Of a stretch of DNA of 8,084 nucleotides, positions 7,344-8,084 are shown piece after piece. Under the pieces are notes generated by a model that saw only the letters and a program-made list of their open reading frames with translations, was not told the origin of the DNA and ran no database searches. This DNA comes from Naegleria gruberi (taxonomy: Eukaryota). Each line of letters opens with the position of its first letter. Position 1 is the first letter of the stretch. The stretch lies in the NCBI GenBank assembly GCA_000004985.1, contig GG739092.1. One strand, written 5' to 3'. A program made the translations under genes and the position numbers.

Positions 7344-7674
7344 TGTTGTTGAATATATGAAACTAAATGAAACGATATATGTAACAGCAGTTGAGCCACT
7401 CACTGAAATTAAGGAATTTCTTGCTAGCAAAGTGAAATTCTTTCATCCCATCGATTCTGAATCCAAGAGCAAGATATTTTTAACAATTATTGTGAAATTA
7501 CTATTTGACTTTATGAATAGTATTAGAGAGTTACATTGTTTGGGAATTATTCATTGTGATGTGAACTTTTATAATTTTCAAATTAAGGAGTCAGAAACTT
7601 TTACTGATGAATTTTCATCGATTCTTAAACTGGATGAATCTCCATATTTTGTGGGAGTCCTAAGCCATCACTAA
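7246..7674 (+). CDS. Protein-kinase-like fragment in frame 1 (hinge and C-lobe with a divergent catalytic loop). The ORF-track start at 7279 is a TTG.
   Basis: The frame is open from 7246. The translation ...ETIYVTAVEPLTEIKEFL...IFLTIIVKLLFDFMNSIRELHCLGIIHCDVNFYNFQI contains a beta5/hinge-like segment and the catalytic loop GIIHCDVNFYN (nt 7552-7575), which aligns to xIIHRDLKPEN with R>C and K>N. A DFG-equivalent is degenerate (ILKLDES). TAA at 7672-7674. Confidence 0.45.
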   Translation, partial: NCKTRRTTLIRLYFHSSEYSKEDIRSIFKFATDVVEYMKLNETIYVTAVEPLTEIKEFLASKVKFFHPIDSESKSKIFLTIIVKLLFDFMNSIRELHCLGIIHCDVNFYNFQIKESETFTDEFSSILKLDESPYFVGVLSHH

Positions 7675-7894
7675 ATTCTTGATTGATTATAGAAATCCAA
7701 CTGATAAGGAATGGATATTAAAACAGTGGGAATTTTTAGGTAAGGAATCAAATTGTATCTTTAAGAATGCTCAACATTTGGAAATATTTTCACAAATTTC
7801 CAAATTAGTGTGTGAAATGTTTTCAAATCCTTGGTCTTTTTCCACAAATTACGAAAAAGAGTTGCAATCCATCAAGCATTCTTTATTAACATAA
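7664..7894 (+). CDS. Hypothetical frame-2 ORF immediately following the kinase-like fragment. The ORF-track start at 7679 is a TTG. It is possibly a C-terminal remnant of the same gene.
   Basis: The frame opens at 7664, 11 nt before the upstream TAA. The translation ...IDYRNPTDKEWILKQWEFLGKESNCIFKNAQHLEIFSQISKLVCEMFSNPWSFSTNYEKELQSIKHSLLT ends with TAA at 7892-7894. It has no ATG and no recognisable domain. Confidence 0.2.
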   Translation, partial: AITKFLIDYRNPTDKEWILKQWEFLGKESNCIFKNAQHLEIFSQISKLVCEMFSNPWSFSTNYEKELQSIKHSLLT

Positions 7895-8084
7895 CTCCAA
7901 TACTATTCGTAAAGTTAAATATTTAAGAAAAAGGTTTAATACCAGAAAAAAGAACATTTCTATTTTGGATTTGGAATTGGTGTGTCAAATGTCTTGGGAG
8001 TGTGAAAAATCCACAAAAAATGTCGAAACATGTTGAAGGTGTGATATTTGCCCTGCTCCTCCCCACGTTCTCATCATGTGCAAT

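Larger units (their letters stand above)
6744..7674 (+). pseudogene. Frameshift-disrupted protein-kinase-like gene. It is a pseudokinase or pseudogene, or contains an assembly frameshift.
   Basis: The kinase N-lobe motifs (frame 3) and the hinge and catalytic loop (frame 1) are colinear and correctly ordered. They can only be joined by a 1-nt frame change inside 7246..7343. No GT..AG pair of suitable length or phase exists there that would keep the beta4 and beta5 segments. Confidence 0.4.

Noticed and set aside
5616-7894. The whole plus-strand block, including the acidic protein, as one multi-exon kinase gene.
   Set aside because: The acidic protein has its own good ATG context and a clean TAA. 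Joining it to the downstream ORF requires a frameshift, not an intron. The evidence for its linkage is weak, so it is kept as a separate gene with the caveat noted.

Overview
This 8,084-nt window is AT-rich eukaryotic nuclear DNA from a draft assembly: it contains a 3,080-nt run of N (2023..5102) and an ambiguous base at nt 18. The features listed below point to an AT-rich protist, most plausibly an amoebozoan such as a dictyostelid: A-rich contexts before ATG codons, a GTAAGT splice donor, Ser/Ala/Thr low-complexity inserts, a small Cys-rich GPI-anchored protein of ponticulin-like architecture, and AATAAA signals. This assignment is an inference, not an identification. I can support the following features.

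1. A 5'-partial plus-strand gene (3..1256) encodes a TBC-domain Rab GTPase-activating protein. All three TBC signature motifs are present, including both catalytic fingers.
2. A convergent minus-strand gene (1380..1868) encodes a small secreted Cys-rich protein with an N-terminal signal peptide and a C-terminal GPI-attachment signal, resembling ponticulin-like proteins.
3. The scaffold gap truncates whatever lies between 2023 and 5102.
4. A minus-strand gene starts at 5551 and runs into the gap. Its product is not identified.
5. A 64-bp divergent promoter region (5552..5615) separates that gene from a plus-strand acidic protein gene (5616..6002) that carries a perfect 24-nt internal direct repeat.
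6. On the plus strand, 5993..7894 is covered by a chain of abutting or overlapping ORFs in shifting frames. Three of the ORF-track 'M' starts in this chain are TTG codons. One boundary is a canonical GTAAGT donor. Two of the ORFs together carry a recognisable but degenerate protein-kinase catalytic core: a Gly-rich loop, the VAIK-type Lys, and a catalytic loop HCDVNFYN in place of HRDLKPEN. I interpret this as a decaying pseudokinase-like gene, or a gene hit by draft-assembly frameshifts, with at least one real short intron.

I see no mobile element, tRNA, rRNA or CRISPR array. Nothing here supports a novel multi-gene 'system'. The most interesting object is the fragmented kinase-like locus.
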